DNA of 64,000 nt from an uncultured archaeon. Lineage in GTDB: Archaea > Micrarchaeota > Micrarchaeia > Micrarchaeales > CABMGC01. Where the stretch lies: assembly GCA_963787445.1 (NCBI GenBank), contig CAWBCT010000005.1, forward strand, positions 448,001 to 512,000, given 5' to 3'. The position numbers were made by a program, and so were the translations under genes. The notes beneath the pieces are model-generated. The model saw nothing but the letters and a program-made list of their open reading frames with translations. It was not told the DNA's origin and did not search any database. Positions 40,709 to 49,093 of the stretch are shown here, in pieces (position 1 is the stretch's first letter; each line of letters begins with the position of its first letter).

Positions 40709-41047
40709 ATGGATAGGGAAACCAAAACATTTTTCGTGTGCATGCTGATGGTAGGTCTGCTCTTCGGGGCAACAGGCCAGCTCCTATTGAAGCTCGGCCT
40801 TCTGAATACAACTCCTCTTCTAGAGCTGTTCATACTTCTCGGCGTTGCGCTATACGGGCTATCAACAGTTATCTACCTCTATATTCTCAGCCGCACTCAC
40901 CTGAGCTGGGTCTACAGCCTAGGCGGCCTTAGCTACGTCTTCGCAACCATACTCGCCGTGTTCGTTCTGGATGAACCGACAAGCCTGGCACGCTGGCTAG
41001 GGGTCGCAGTGATAGCAATAGGCTGCATCCTAATAGGGCTTAGCTGA
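40709..41047 (+). CDS. EamA/SMR-like 4-TM transporter subunit (pair 2, B)
   Basis: Paralogue of 39954-40292, same length (112 aa). Confidence 0.8.
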   Translation: MDRETKTFFVCMLMVGLLFGATGQLLLKLGLLNTTPLLELFILLGVALYGLSTVIYLYILSRTHLSWVYSLGGLSYVFATILAVFVLDEPTSLARWLGVAVIAIGCILIGLS

Positions 41048-41068
41048 TCTTATTTGAGATTAACCGGT

Positions 41069-41968
41069 TTACTCCTCCCTGCGCTTGACCTTCCTGCCCT
41101 TCGGCGAATCAATCGTGTTCATGTAGTCTATCACAGACCCGTATATTGCTGACTTGAGGTCCGCTCTCCCCTTGAACTCGGATTCCAGATGCACAGTTAT
41201 GACATAAATCTCGTTATGGAGGTACTCAATGTCAATCTTGAACCAGCGTATCTTCTTCGCCTTGAGCTCCCTAGAGATTATGACCTTTAGCTTATCATAA
41301 GGAACCTTTGTGTTGATATCAAACTGCATTTTTATTATGTTCTCCTTGGCTCTCCTGTAGTTTATCACCAACGCCTGAACAACGACATTGTTCGGAACAT
41401 AAACAGGCATCGCCTCGTCGTTTTCGAGCTCGGTGTAGAGAAGGCCTATGGTCTTTATCACTCCGGTGAAGCCCGGAATAAACTTGTCATGCGGATAGCT
41501 CTGCGGCTGCAGGGTATACTGCCAGGTATGTATCGTAACCCTGTCACCCGGCTCAAAGACCCCGCTTGTGAGCAGATACACCCCGGCTATAAAGTTGGAG
41601 AGCGTAGACTGCGCCGCAAGACCAAACACTATGCCCAAGAATCCCGCGCTCACAAGCAGGCCCGTAATGTCCACGTTGAGCTTGTAGAAGATGAAAACGA
41701 TCAGGATTATGTACGCGAGCACCCTGAACAGAGTCCTAATGGTCTTCGATTCAACCTTGTTCGCACCCATCCCAACAAAGCGCTGCACGGCTATGCCTAC
41801 TATCTCAATAATTATTATTCCCGCGAAAATTTGAAGCACTATCGATTCCGCAGCATTTCCTGACGCCACTCCAAGATAGATGAGGCCAGCGTAGAATGCC
41901 GCTAGGAGCAGAACCACTACGATGCCAATCTCAACATTCCTCAGAGTTTTTGCAGTTTCCTTTCCCAT
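41069..41968 (-). CDS. Small-conductance mechanosensitive channel (MscS family)
   Basis: GFLGIVFGLAAQSTLSNFIAG, PGDRV, VPN. Confidence 0.9.
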   Translation of the reverse strand: MGKETAKTLRNVEIGIVVVLLLAAFYAGLIYLGVASGNAAESIVLQIFAGIIIIEIVGIAVQRFVGMGANKVESKTIRTLFRVLAYIILIVFIFYKLNVDITGLLVSAGFLGIVFGLAAQSTLSNFIAGVYLLTSGVFEPGDRVTIHTWQYTLQPQSYPHDKFIPGFTGVIKTIGLLYTELENDEAMPVYVPNNVVVQALVINYRRAKENIIKMQFDINTKVPYDKLKVIISRELKAKKIRWFKIDIEYLHNEIYVITVHLESEFKGRADLKSAIYGSVIDYMNTIDSPKGRKVKRREE

Positions 41969-42163
41969 AAACCTATTCCTCTATCCGAGCGTATTTATAT
42001 ATTCAGCCCTCGGGGTGTTCTATATACAAGTAAAATGGTATTACCTACATCTTTATAAACTTGTATGTACAAAACTGTTCCATGCGTTTAGAGTAATCTA
42101 CTTATATCCCCACCCTCTAAACGCTATTTTTTAAATTAAGATATTAGCGAAGCGGATTCGCAG

Positions 42164-44647
42164 TCAGGAAAAATCTGAGATGCTCTTCTGCGCCTTGGGC
42201 TCCTTCAGCTTCTTTTTCCCGCCACCAATTTCTATCACTCCGTACTCCCCATCAAAGCCGGGCTTCACCGGAAGCCTCCCCTCCCGGCTCAAAAGGATAA
42301 GGTTTACTAGCCCCGCGTCAATCTCTGCGTCAAGCAGTTGTTGCTTGGAAACGTTGAGTAGGATGTTCAGCTCATTACCAAACTTCTTGACCAACGGTTC
42401 GTAAGCCGCGGCCACCTTCTTGCTCGCCATTGAAGTTCCCATGTTAAACGCGAGCATCTCATGGAGCGGAATCAGTTTGTAATACGGTTTCGCGTTCTTG
42501 GGCTTGTACCCTTCGGGCTGCTTCGCCAGCTCCTCAATGCGGTACTCAACGCCTATGGTAAGTGGCTTTTTGCAGATTGGACAGATTCCATTGAGCTTGC
42601 GAGTTTCTGCTGGAGAGCAAGAGAAGCCGCACACCCTGTGCCCGTCAAAATGATACTTGCCGTACTCTGGCGGCGTCTCGATGGTTGCTTTAAGGCCGAC
42701 TCCTGTTCTAATTGCGTTCATTATGGCTGTGTATGAAAGCTCCTGAACATCAAAGATTGTTGCCTCGCGCCCCAGCCTCCACGGCCAGAAGCTATGAGCG
42801 TCCGAGAAACTAACAACATTTACTCCCTGGTCCATCCTCCAGATCATGCCCGGATCTGCCGACATGCCCGACTCAACCGCATGAATGTGTTTGGTCTGCT
42901 CCTCGAAGCATTCCTTGATGCTGTCAAATCCGCTCCCGCTGCCAAACAGTCCGAACCACGGGGTCATGCAGTTATGGACAGCAGCAGAAGGTGTGACAAA
43001 GGAATGACTTCCCTCAATCTGTAAATCGTATACTTTGCCTTCGTAGTCAGAATATTCTATTGTTTTAATAGGTAAATAAACGTAGTTGTCATCAATCCAT
43101 CCGTGTCTCCGAGAAAGTTTTGTATTAAATCGTTTGAACTCCGGTTGTGTCATTAGATTAAACTCATCTTTAAAGAAGGCCAGGGTACGAAACGTGAAGC
43201 AATCGTGATTTACTATTATTTTTCTACCACCAATACTTCTCTTGTACTTTTTGCTCGTCTCTTTTTTAACAATGTAAATAGAAGGGATTACGCCAATTCT
43301 TAAGCAAATTGCTTTCATCTGTTGGGCTAAAGTCTCAGAAACAGTGACTCCCGCATCTCCTCTCCACCAACCTCTAAATAGTTCAACTTGTTTAACTTTA
43401 GGTAAATAGAGCATCCACTGTGGAATTAGCTTTGTGTTGGCCCTGAAAATATCACCTCTTTCATAAAATAGAATACTAAATAACTCGGCAACGACCTTGG
43501 AGTAGAAATAGAGTTCATAACCATGGTTTTTCCTAATTTTAGAGATCTCTATTCCAAAGACGCTTTTCATTAATTGCACAACCTCACTTATATAATCTGA
43601 TTCATGTTCGGCGAAGGCGAATTGTATACAATTATTTTTCCTAACGATGTATCCCTCTGCAAGGTAGTAACCAACTAGTCTACAAAATTCTGGGGTAATC
43701 TGAATTATGTTACTAATTGGTCTATCCTGTCTACCAGAAATAGGAAGTACCTTATTATCTTTCAATCTGTATTCCCCCATTTCGATAACTTCAGATAACC
43801 TAATCACTTCTAGGTCTTTTTCTTGTTTGATTTTAGGGTATACTAGAACATCATTAACTTCTAGATTCTCAGCAAGCGTCCAACCTGGTTTATAATTCTC
43901 ATAGTGTTTTTTCTTGCATTTGTGTTTACCCTTAGCTATACTGTTTGGTTTACATAAGCCTCCCACATATTGACAATTTTTAGTTGTCTTAATACTAAAG
44001 AGAGGGTGTTCTGGAGTGGTTTGTATACCCTCTGCAAAATAATAAGGTTGTAATCTAAGAATTTTGCCTTTATATTGTCTTGATAGAACATTTGAAACCG
44101 GCTTAAATTCTCCAGTGTGAGTAAGTACCTTATCTCCGTTAGAGATCACACTTATATTTTTGACACCCGGATTGCATATAATCTTCTCGCTTGGTAATAA
44201 ACAATGTGCTGGTATAATCTCTATCAGATCATCGATCTTCTTCAGATCGGCAACTAGCTGCTTGCACGTGATGCCGAATATCGGCCTTCCATCGTAATCA
44301 AGCCGGCCCTTGCTTCCTAGGTAAGATGTTATTGCGTCAGCAATTTTCGTATTGGGCGCAAAAAGCAGAAGGTGCACCGCACGCCGTTTCCCTCCCTGCG
44401 AAAACATGAGGCTCACCTCGGTCTGCCAGATGAACGGGAACTTTGTGTCGCTCCACAGTACCCCATTTTTGTCCTCCTTCAGGTAGTTATCAATCTCTTT
44501 CCTGTGAAGGGGGTGCTGAAAATCGCCGGTGCCGAGCAAGTCTAGGCCTTTTATACGCGCATATTCCTCAAGTTTCTGTAGACTCAATGCTGTTGATGTC
44601 GCTCTTGCGTATTTGCTGTGAATCTGAAGATCCGCGATGATGTCCAT
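42164..44647 (-). CDS. Endonuclease Q (PHP domain, TIGR00375-like) containing an intein
   Basis: ADLQIHSKYARATS, GTGD..HP, DGRP, PAH|CMTPWFG, E.G.SADP, SDAHS, LGRE, GKYH.DGHR, CPIC, GV..RIEELA, PG.DG.YG. Confidence 0.9.
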   Translation of the reverse strand: MDIIADLQIHSKYARATSTALSLQKLEEYARIKGLDLLGTGDFQHPLHRKEIDNYLKEDKNGVLWSDTKFPFIWQTEVSLMFSQGGKRRAVHLLLFAPNTKIADAITSYLGSKGRLDYDGRPIFGITCKQLVADLKKIDDLIEIIPAHCLLPSEKIICNPGVKNISVISNGDKVLTHTGEFKPVSNVLSRQYKGKILRLQPYYFAEGIQTTPEHPLFSIKTTKNCQYVGGLCKPNSIAKGKHKCKKKHYENYKPGWTLAENLEVNDVLVYPKIKQEKDLEVIRLSEVIEMGEYRLKDNKVLPISGRQDRPISNIIQITPEFCRLVGYYLAEGYIVRKNNCIQFAFAEHESDYISEVVQLMKSVFGIEISKIRKNHGYELYFYSKVVAELFSILFYERGDIFRANTKLIPQWMLYLPKVKQVELFRGWWRGDAGVTVSETLAQQMKAICLRIGVIPSIYIVKKETSKKYKRSIGGRKIIVNHDCFTFRTLAFFKDEFNLMTQPEFKRFNTKLSRRHGWIDDNYVYLPIKTIEYSDYEGKVYDLQIEGSHSFVTPSAAVHNCMTPWFGLFGSGSGFDSIKECFEEQTKHIHAVESGMSADPGMIWRMDQGVNVVSFSDAHSFWPWRLGREATIFDVQELSYTAIMNAIRTGVGLKATIETPPEYGKYHFDGHRVCGFSCSPAETRKLNGICPICKKPLTIGVEYRIEELAKQPEGYKPKNAKPYYKLIPLHEMLAFNMGTSMASKKVAAAYEPLVKKFGNELNILLNVSKQQLLDAEIDAGLVNLILLSREGRLPVKPGFDGEYGVIEIGGGKKKLKEPKAQKSISDFS
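42971..44203 (-). mobile_element. Intein with LAGLIDADG homing endonuclease (411 aa)
   Basis: Starts CLLPSEKI, block B TPEHP, LVGYYLAEG and LFRGWWRGDAG, VYDLQIEG, ends VHN|C; DNA is markedly AT-rich compared with the exteins. Confidence 0.93.
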
Positions 44648-44655
44648 TTATTATC

Positions 44656-45141
44656 TCACTTCTTGTAGCCTATGTCTCTCAAAAACTTCCTCCTTGCCGC
44701 TCTGTCTGCCTGTTTCTCCACGCCTTTTGAGTCTGAACCGTCAACCACACCTACAATCCCACGGCCCTGCCTAGTTTCAACAACTAAAACTTCCACAGGG
44801 TTTGCAGTTGCGCAGAAGATCCGAGCGACTTCAGGCACCTGTTTTATCGCATTGGCAATGTTGATTGGAAAGGCACCTTTGAACATTATTAGGAATGAGT
44901 GACCCGCGGCTATCTTCTGCATGTTTTTTCCTGCTGAACTCTCGAGAGGACCATCGTTGCCCTCGGTTCTTATCAGACCAGGTCCACTGGCCTCGGCAAA
45001 CGCGATACCAAACTTTATGCCAGGTACAGCTCCGACCATACACTCGTATAAGTCCTCAGCTGTCTTTATGAAGCCTGCGTGCCCTAAAATGATCTGCTCA
45101 TCATCGTTTTTCACAATTTTTACTATCTCAATCTCCGCCAT
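44656..45141 (-). CDS. Adenosine-specific kinase family (DUF355)
   Basis: [44 protein letters not shown]. Confidence 0.9.
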   Translation of the reverse strand: MAEIEIVKIVKNDDEQIILGHAGFIKTAEDLYECMVGAVPGIKFGIAFAEASGPGLIRTEGNDGPLESSAGKNMQKIAAGHSFLIMFKGAFPINIANAIKQVPEVARIFCATANPVEVLVVETRQGRGIVGVVDGSDSKGVEKQADRAARRKFLRDIGYKK

Positions 45142-45235
45142 ACTCTCACCATGCGGCTCTATTCTATGAAGAGAAAGCCACATTACGTACTTAGAGGAAA
45201 AGGTCTATAATATATATGAAAATGGGAAGAACGCC

Positions 45236-45532
45236 TCACTTCGTAAGCGTTATCTCTATGGAGCTTACCTTGGAGATTGTCCCGTCCTCGTTGGAGAGCT
45301 CCTCCGAGTTTATCTCTATCTGGCCGACATGCGTGTCCGTCACGAACCTGTGCCTTGAGATCTCCGCAACATCGACTGCGCGTGAGATTGCATTGCCCCT
45401 TGCACGCACTTTTACGCTCTTTGCGCCGCCGTTGAATTGCGTAACCACCGCAAGCACATAGTTCATCGCTGGCTTCTTGCCTATAAGCACTACATTTTCT
45501 CCAATCGTCGTTGTTTCCATTTCTTCAGCCAT
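45236..45532 (-). CDS. albA: DNA/RNA-binding protein Alba
   Basis: [26 protein letters not shown]. Confidence 0.96.
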   Translation of the reverse strand: MAEEMETTTIGENVVLIGKKPAMNYVLAVVTQFNGGAKSVKVRARGNAISRAVDVAEISRHRFVTDTHVGQIEINSEELSNEDGTISKVSSIEITLTK

Positions 45533-45605
45533 AGTCTCACCATCGTATTGTCAGCATGATATCTGATGCGAAGCCCTTGCTAATGGGTTATTCCGTAAAA
45601 ATATA

Positions 45606-46247
45606 TTAAGCTTTCACTGACTTTTCGGAACCTGTCTGAACCCCGGAGCCTTTCCTGGCAAAAACAAGGTAAGCAGTGTGCAGAAGCCCCTTTGTTGAAG
45701 GCCGAACGCCCTCCTTTCTCACAAGCATCTCCCTGACTATGACCTCTATGGAGTGTATGTCGTAGAAGCCCATCTTCTCAAGCTTCATCACGAAGGCCTT
45801 CATCTGCTCGGTGTGGGGCAGGTAGGCAGCAACTATGCCGTCGTTTTTTAGCGCCTTCTTAACCGTCCTGACTGCCTTCTCCGCGTTTGGCAGGTCCAGC
45901 GTAAATATGTCAACCTCTTTTTCATCAACACCCTTTGAGACGTCCCCGTTCTTGAAAACAATATTGCTGAGACCCAAGATCTCCTTATTCTTCTCTGCTA
46001 TTCTGGTGAACTCCTCGCGCAGATCGTAGCTGTACACCTGCTTGCACACTCTTGCCAGGCTCACCGCAAGCCACCCGCTCCCCGTTCCTGCATCAACGCA
46101 AACGCTCTCCTTGCTTGCGCAGGTGTAGGCGAGGATGATACCGATGTCCTTCGGCAGTATCACCTGCGGCCCGCGCTTCAGCTTCCTGTAAATTTTTGGG
46201 TAGATGAACAAGTTATCACATTCATTAAACGATTGTTGTTGTGGCAA
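45606..46247 (-). CDS. trmI: tRNA (adenine-N1)-methyltransferase TrmI (short N-terminus)
   Basis: KRGPQVILPKD, DAGTGSG, LDLP, YLP..EQ, RP.....HTAYL. Confidence 0.88.
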   Translation of the reverse strand: MPQQQSFNECDNLFIYPKIYRKLKRGPQVILPKDIGIILAYTCASKESVCVDAGTGSGWLAVSLARVCKQVYSYDLREEFTRIAEKNKEILGLSNIVFKNGDVSKGVDEKEVDIFTLDLPNAEKAVRTVKKALKNDGIVAAYLPHTEQMKAFVMKLEKMGFYDIHSIEVIVREMLVRKEGVRPSTKGLLHTAYLVFARKGSGVQTGSEKSVKA

Positions 46248-46749
46248 ACGTGGTGCTCACTGATGAAACAAAGGAAACCTTCGAAAGCACCCTGCCAGTG
46301 GTTGAATAGGCGAAACCCGTGGTGGTGTCCAGGTAGTTTAGGTACAGATTCCCTGAAAACAGCGTATTTAAGTTTCCCGCGAAGGCGCCCGAGCTGCCAT
46401 AACATCGGATCGTGATATTATACGTGGCGCCCTCTGTGAGGATTACCTGGTTTGCAGTGGTGAATGTACTCATGTGCTCGTTTGTCGCGTTTGAAGAGCA
46501 CCCTACACCGGTCATGTTCACCGCTACGAACTTGGACTGCTGGATGGAGATGGTCAGCAGGCCGTTCTCTGATAGGCGTGCATTGTTGCAAAGGAAGACC
46601 TGGTTGATGAAGCAGGACTGGCCCGTTGCGGCCTGGGGGCTAAGAAAGCCGAAGTACGAAATCGCAGCGATGGCAAGCGCGAGTATCAAGAATGCCCATC
46701 CGTAGGTCGTAAGATACTCAATTGCACTTTGCATGCGTCTTTTTTCCAT
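46225..46749 (-). CDS. Class III signal peptide (archaeal pilin-like) protein
   Basis: RRMQSAIEYLTTYGWAFLI; paralogue of 9333-9872 with similar Cys spacing. Confidence 0.8.
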   Translation of the reverse strand: MEKRRMQSAIEYLTTYGWAFLILALAIAAISYFGFLSPQAATGQSCFINQVFLCNNARLSENGLLTISIQQSKFVAVNMTGVGCSSNATNEHMSTFTTANQVILTEGATYNITIRCYGSSGAFAGNLNTLFSGNLYLNYLDTTTGFAYSTTGRVLSKVSFVSSVSTTFATTTIV

Positions 46750-46816
46750 CTTTTTCCCAGAATCTATATGAATATAACTCTTCATAATAAAAGCTTATCA
46801 CAGAACAGGGAAAGTC

Positions 46817-47923
46817 ATGGCTTATAATCTTGGCGCTGTAGGCTTCGGCCACTGGTTTGAGCGGCTCTACGCCGGAATGGTCAAGACGAACCAGATCACG
46901 CTCGCAAAGGTCATCGGAGTAAGCGGGATAGAGGGCAAGGCGGAACGTCTCCGCGCGGCAGGACTGAAACCAGAAAACTACTATAAAATGGATCCGGAGG
47001 CCCCGCTCCCCGAGGCGTTCTTCGAAGGCCTTGACATAGTGCACATCTCGGACCCGAACAAGTACCATGCACAACAGACAATGCAGTCCTTAGGCAAGGG
47101 AAAGATAACGATAACCGAGAAGACCTGGGGTATCAACAAGGCGGAGTTCTACAAAGTCCTTGATTATGCGAAGAAGAACAACCAGGAGGCTATGCTATAC
47201 CTCCACCTGCATTACCTCCACAAACTACTTACCATGGAACTGCCCGGGTTGCTCCGAAACTTCACCCAGGAGCACGGGAAGGTCTCCAAGATTGCCATGA
47301 CCTTTTTTGAGCAGTCCAGGGAGGAGGACCTCCGCAGGAGCGGGTGGCTCTTCGCCATGGAGAATGGCGGCCTTTTCATGGACTGGATACATCCTTTTGA
47401 GATACTCTATGCAGGGGCCAAGGCAAGCAAGGCAGAACTCACAGATGTCATGCTCTACGCCACCAAGCCAGAGTACGACCTAAAGAACCCCACGGGAATA
47501 CACGCCACGGTCTCGTTGTCCGGAGAGTTCTTCGAGGACGGTGCTATAGGCGACATACGCGTGGCGAAGGGGATGGAGTTAAACAAGAAGGCAGTTCGGA
47601 TCACGTTCGAAGACGCCGCCCATCTCGAGCTTGCCTACATGGACTCCGACAAGGAAGCCTCGACCGGGATGCGCGGCTCCTGGGTGCTCAACGACCATGG
47701 GAGCACGATAGAGTCCTGCGCCAGGGGTCCGGAGACCTCCGAGTTTTTCGTTTCCGATATCCTGCGCATTTGCACGGGAGAGCAGGCGGGCCCCAAGATT
47801 GAGCTTTTGGAGAAGATCTTCAGCGCCCAGTGGGCCTACCAGGAGATGCAGAAGGGGAAGCCCCTGCACAGCTCAAAGGATGAGGTAGCCCTGTTTCAGG
47901 AAGAGGGCGTGACGCTTTTCTAG
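46817..47923 (+). CDS. Gfo/Idh/MocA-like NAD(P)-dependent oxidoreductase
   Basis: GAVGFGHW, D.V.I..PN..H, TEK, GGLFMDW.H. Confidence 0.7.
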   Translation: MAYNLGAVGFGHWFERLYAGMVKTNQITLAKVIGVSGIEGKAERLRAAGLKPENYYKMDPEAPLPEAFFEGLDIVHISDPNKYHAQQTMQSLGKGKITITEKTWGINKAEFYKVLDYAKKNNQEAMLYLHLHYLHKLLTMELPGLLRNFTQEHGKVSKIAMTFFEQSREEDLRRSGWLFAMENGGLFMDWIHPFEILYAGAKASKAELTDVMLYATKPEYDLKNPTGIHATVSLSGEFFEDGAIGDIRVAKGMELNKKAVRITFEDAAHLELAYMDSDKEASTGMRGSWVLNDHGSTIESCARGPETSEFFVSDILRICTGEQAGPKIELLEKIFSAQWAYQEMQKGKPLHSSKDEVALFQEEGVTLF

Positions 47924-48594
47924 ATCCTGGAAAGCCCCTTTGGCTTGTCCTTTAGCGTATTTATCAGCTCATTCGCTCCGGCTTCCTCCAAAGCCTGCTT
48001 TCTGTCCTTTTCGCCCTGCACTACTCCTATCGAATAAAGCCCCAGCTCCTTGGCGGCGGTCACGAACTGCGGTATTGAAGTGACCATGAATCCCCTGTTG
48101 GTCTCCAGTCCAAACTCACCGGTCACCTTGTCCAGCGCCTTTCCGACAATCTCCCTTGCCGAGTATCCAGCCTCTGCGTAGGCGCCGAACTCGAAGTACT
48201 CGGAAAGCCCCACCTTGTCGAGCCTCATCTTGGTGACCCGCTCGGGCTCGCCGGTGACTATGCCGATCTTTGCCTCCTTCCTCTTCACGGTGTCGAGAAT
48301 CTGCTTTGCGCCGTCGAGCAGTACCACCTTGTCGCTCCAGGCCACATTATAGTAGGAATAGGGAAGATCCTCGAGATACCTGTCCAGGCGGGCCTTTATC
48401 TCGGCATTGTCCAGGCCGTAATTTCTTAGGACCGCATCGGCCACCTCCTTTGAGGTCATCCCACGGTAGTTGTCAAGCTTGACCTCAACGATTATCCCGT
48501 AGATGTTCCGAATGGACTCGGCAACGTAATCGGAGATATCCTTAACGTCCCTGACCATGGTAGCATTTGTATCAAACAGCGCGAAGCTTTCCAA
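47920..48594 (-). CDS. HAD-superfamily protein with degenerate active site
   Basis: LFDTNATM (motif I), GIVTG (motif II), L.EAGA; TTG start after GGTGT. Confidence 0.7.
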   Translation of the reverse strand: MESFALFDTNATMVRDVKDISDYVAESIRNIYGIIVEVKLDNYRGMTSKEVADAVLRNYGLDNAEIKARLDRYLEDLPYSYYNVAWSDKVVLLDGAKQILDTVKRKEAKIGIVTGEPERVTKMRLDKVGLSEYFEFGAYAEAGYSAREIVGKALDKVTGEFGLETNRGFMVTSIPQFVTAAKELGLYSIGVVQGEKDRKQALEEAGANELINTLKDKPKGLSRI

Positions 48595-48689
48595 AATAAC
48601 ACCCAGGCTGTAGTGTAACAGGTATAGATTAATGCAACAGATATTTAGGCTTTCACACAGGGTAATCCTATGGCTAAAATGGTGCCCTA

Positions 48690-49025
48690 ATGCATAACGA
48701 CAAGAAGCTCGAAAGGGAGGTGGGACTTGCACGGATAGGCGTGCTGTTCAGGCTGGCCGCCGTCCGGACCGGCAAGGGCACCCCGGAAGACAAGAGGCTA
48801 GCCAAGCGCTACCTCAGGCTGGCAGGCCAGATAAGCAGGCACTACAAGATACCCCTGCCCAAGGTCGCCGACTCCCAGGTGTGCAAGAAGTGCGGCAATC
48901 TGCTGGTCCCGGGGCGGAACTGCACGGTGCGCGTTTCCAGCTCCGGGTTCCTTGCCTACCTATGCGAATGCGGCAGCACCACAAAGCTGTTCATACCGGC
49001 AAAACAGAAAAGCAGAACCCTGTAA
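48690..49025 (+). CDS. rnp4: Ribonuclease P protein component 4 (Rpp21)
   Basis: ARI..LF, KRY..LA..I, CKKC...LVPG.N..VR, CECG. Confidence 0.9.
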   Translation: MHNDKKLEREVGLARIGVLFRLAAVRTGKGTPEDKRLAKRYLRLAGQISRHYKIPLPKVADSQVCKKCGNLLVPGRNCTVRVSSSGFLAYLCECGSTTKLFIPAKQKSRTL

Positions 49026-49093
49026 CGGAACAGCCCGATGTATTTATAATATACAAAGCCACCATATCAATACCAGCTGTGTAGATTGATGCA

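Larger units (their letters stand above)
39544..41047 (+). repeat. Diverged tandem duplication with 755-bp period (promoter + two genes)
   Basis: Starts offset by exactly 755 nt (39587/40342 and 39954/40709); shared CTTTTATT box and CTTCATCTTCGTGCTCATAATCTCYGCGGTGATGTTCA. Confidence 0.85.

Noticed and set aside
45540-45600. Possible C/D-box or K-loop element upstream of alba (GCATGATATCTGATGC)
   Set aside because: Box C is imperfect, the motif is on the non-coding strand, and there is no guide-length spacing; too weak to call.
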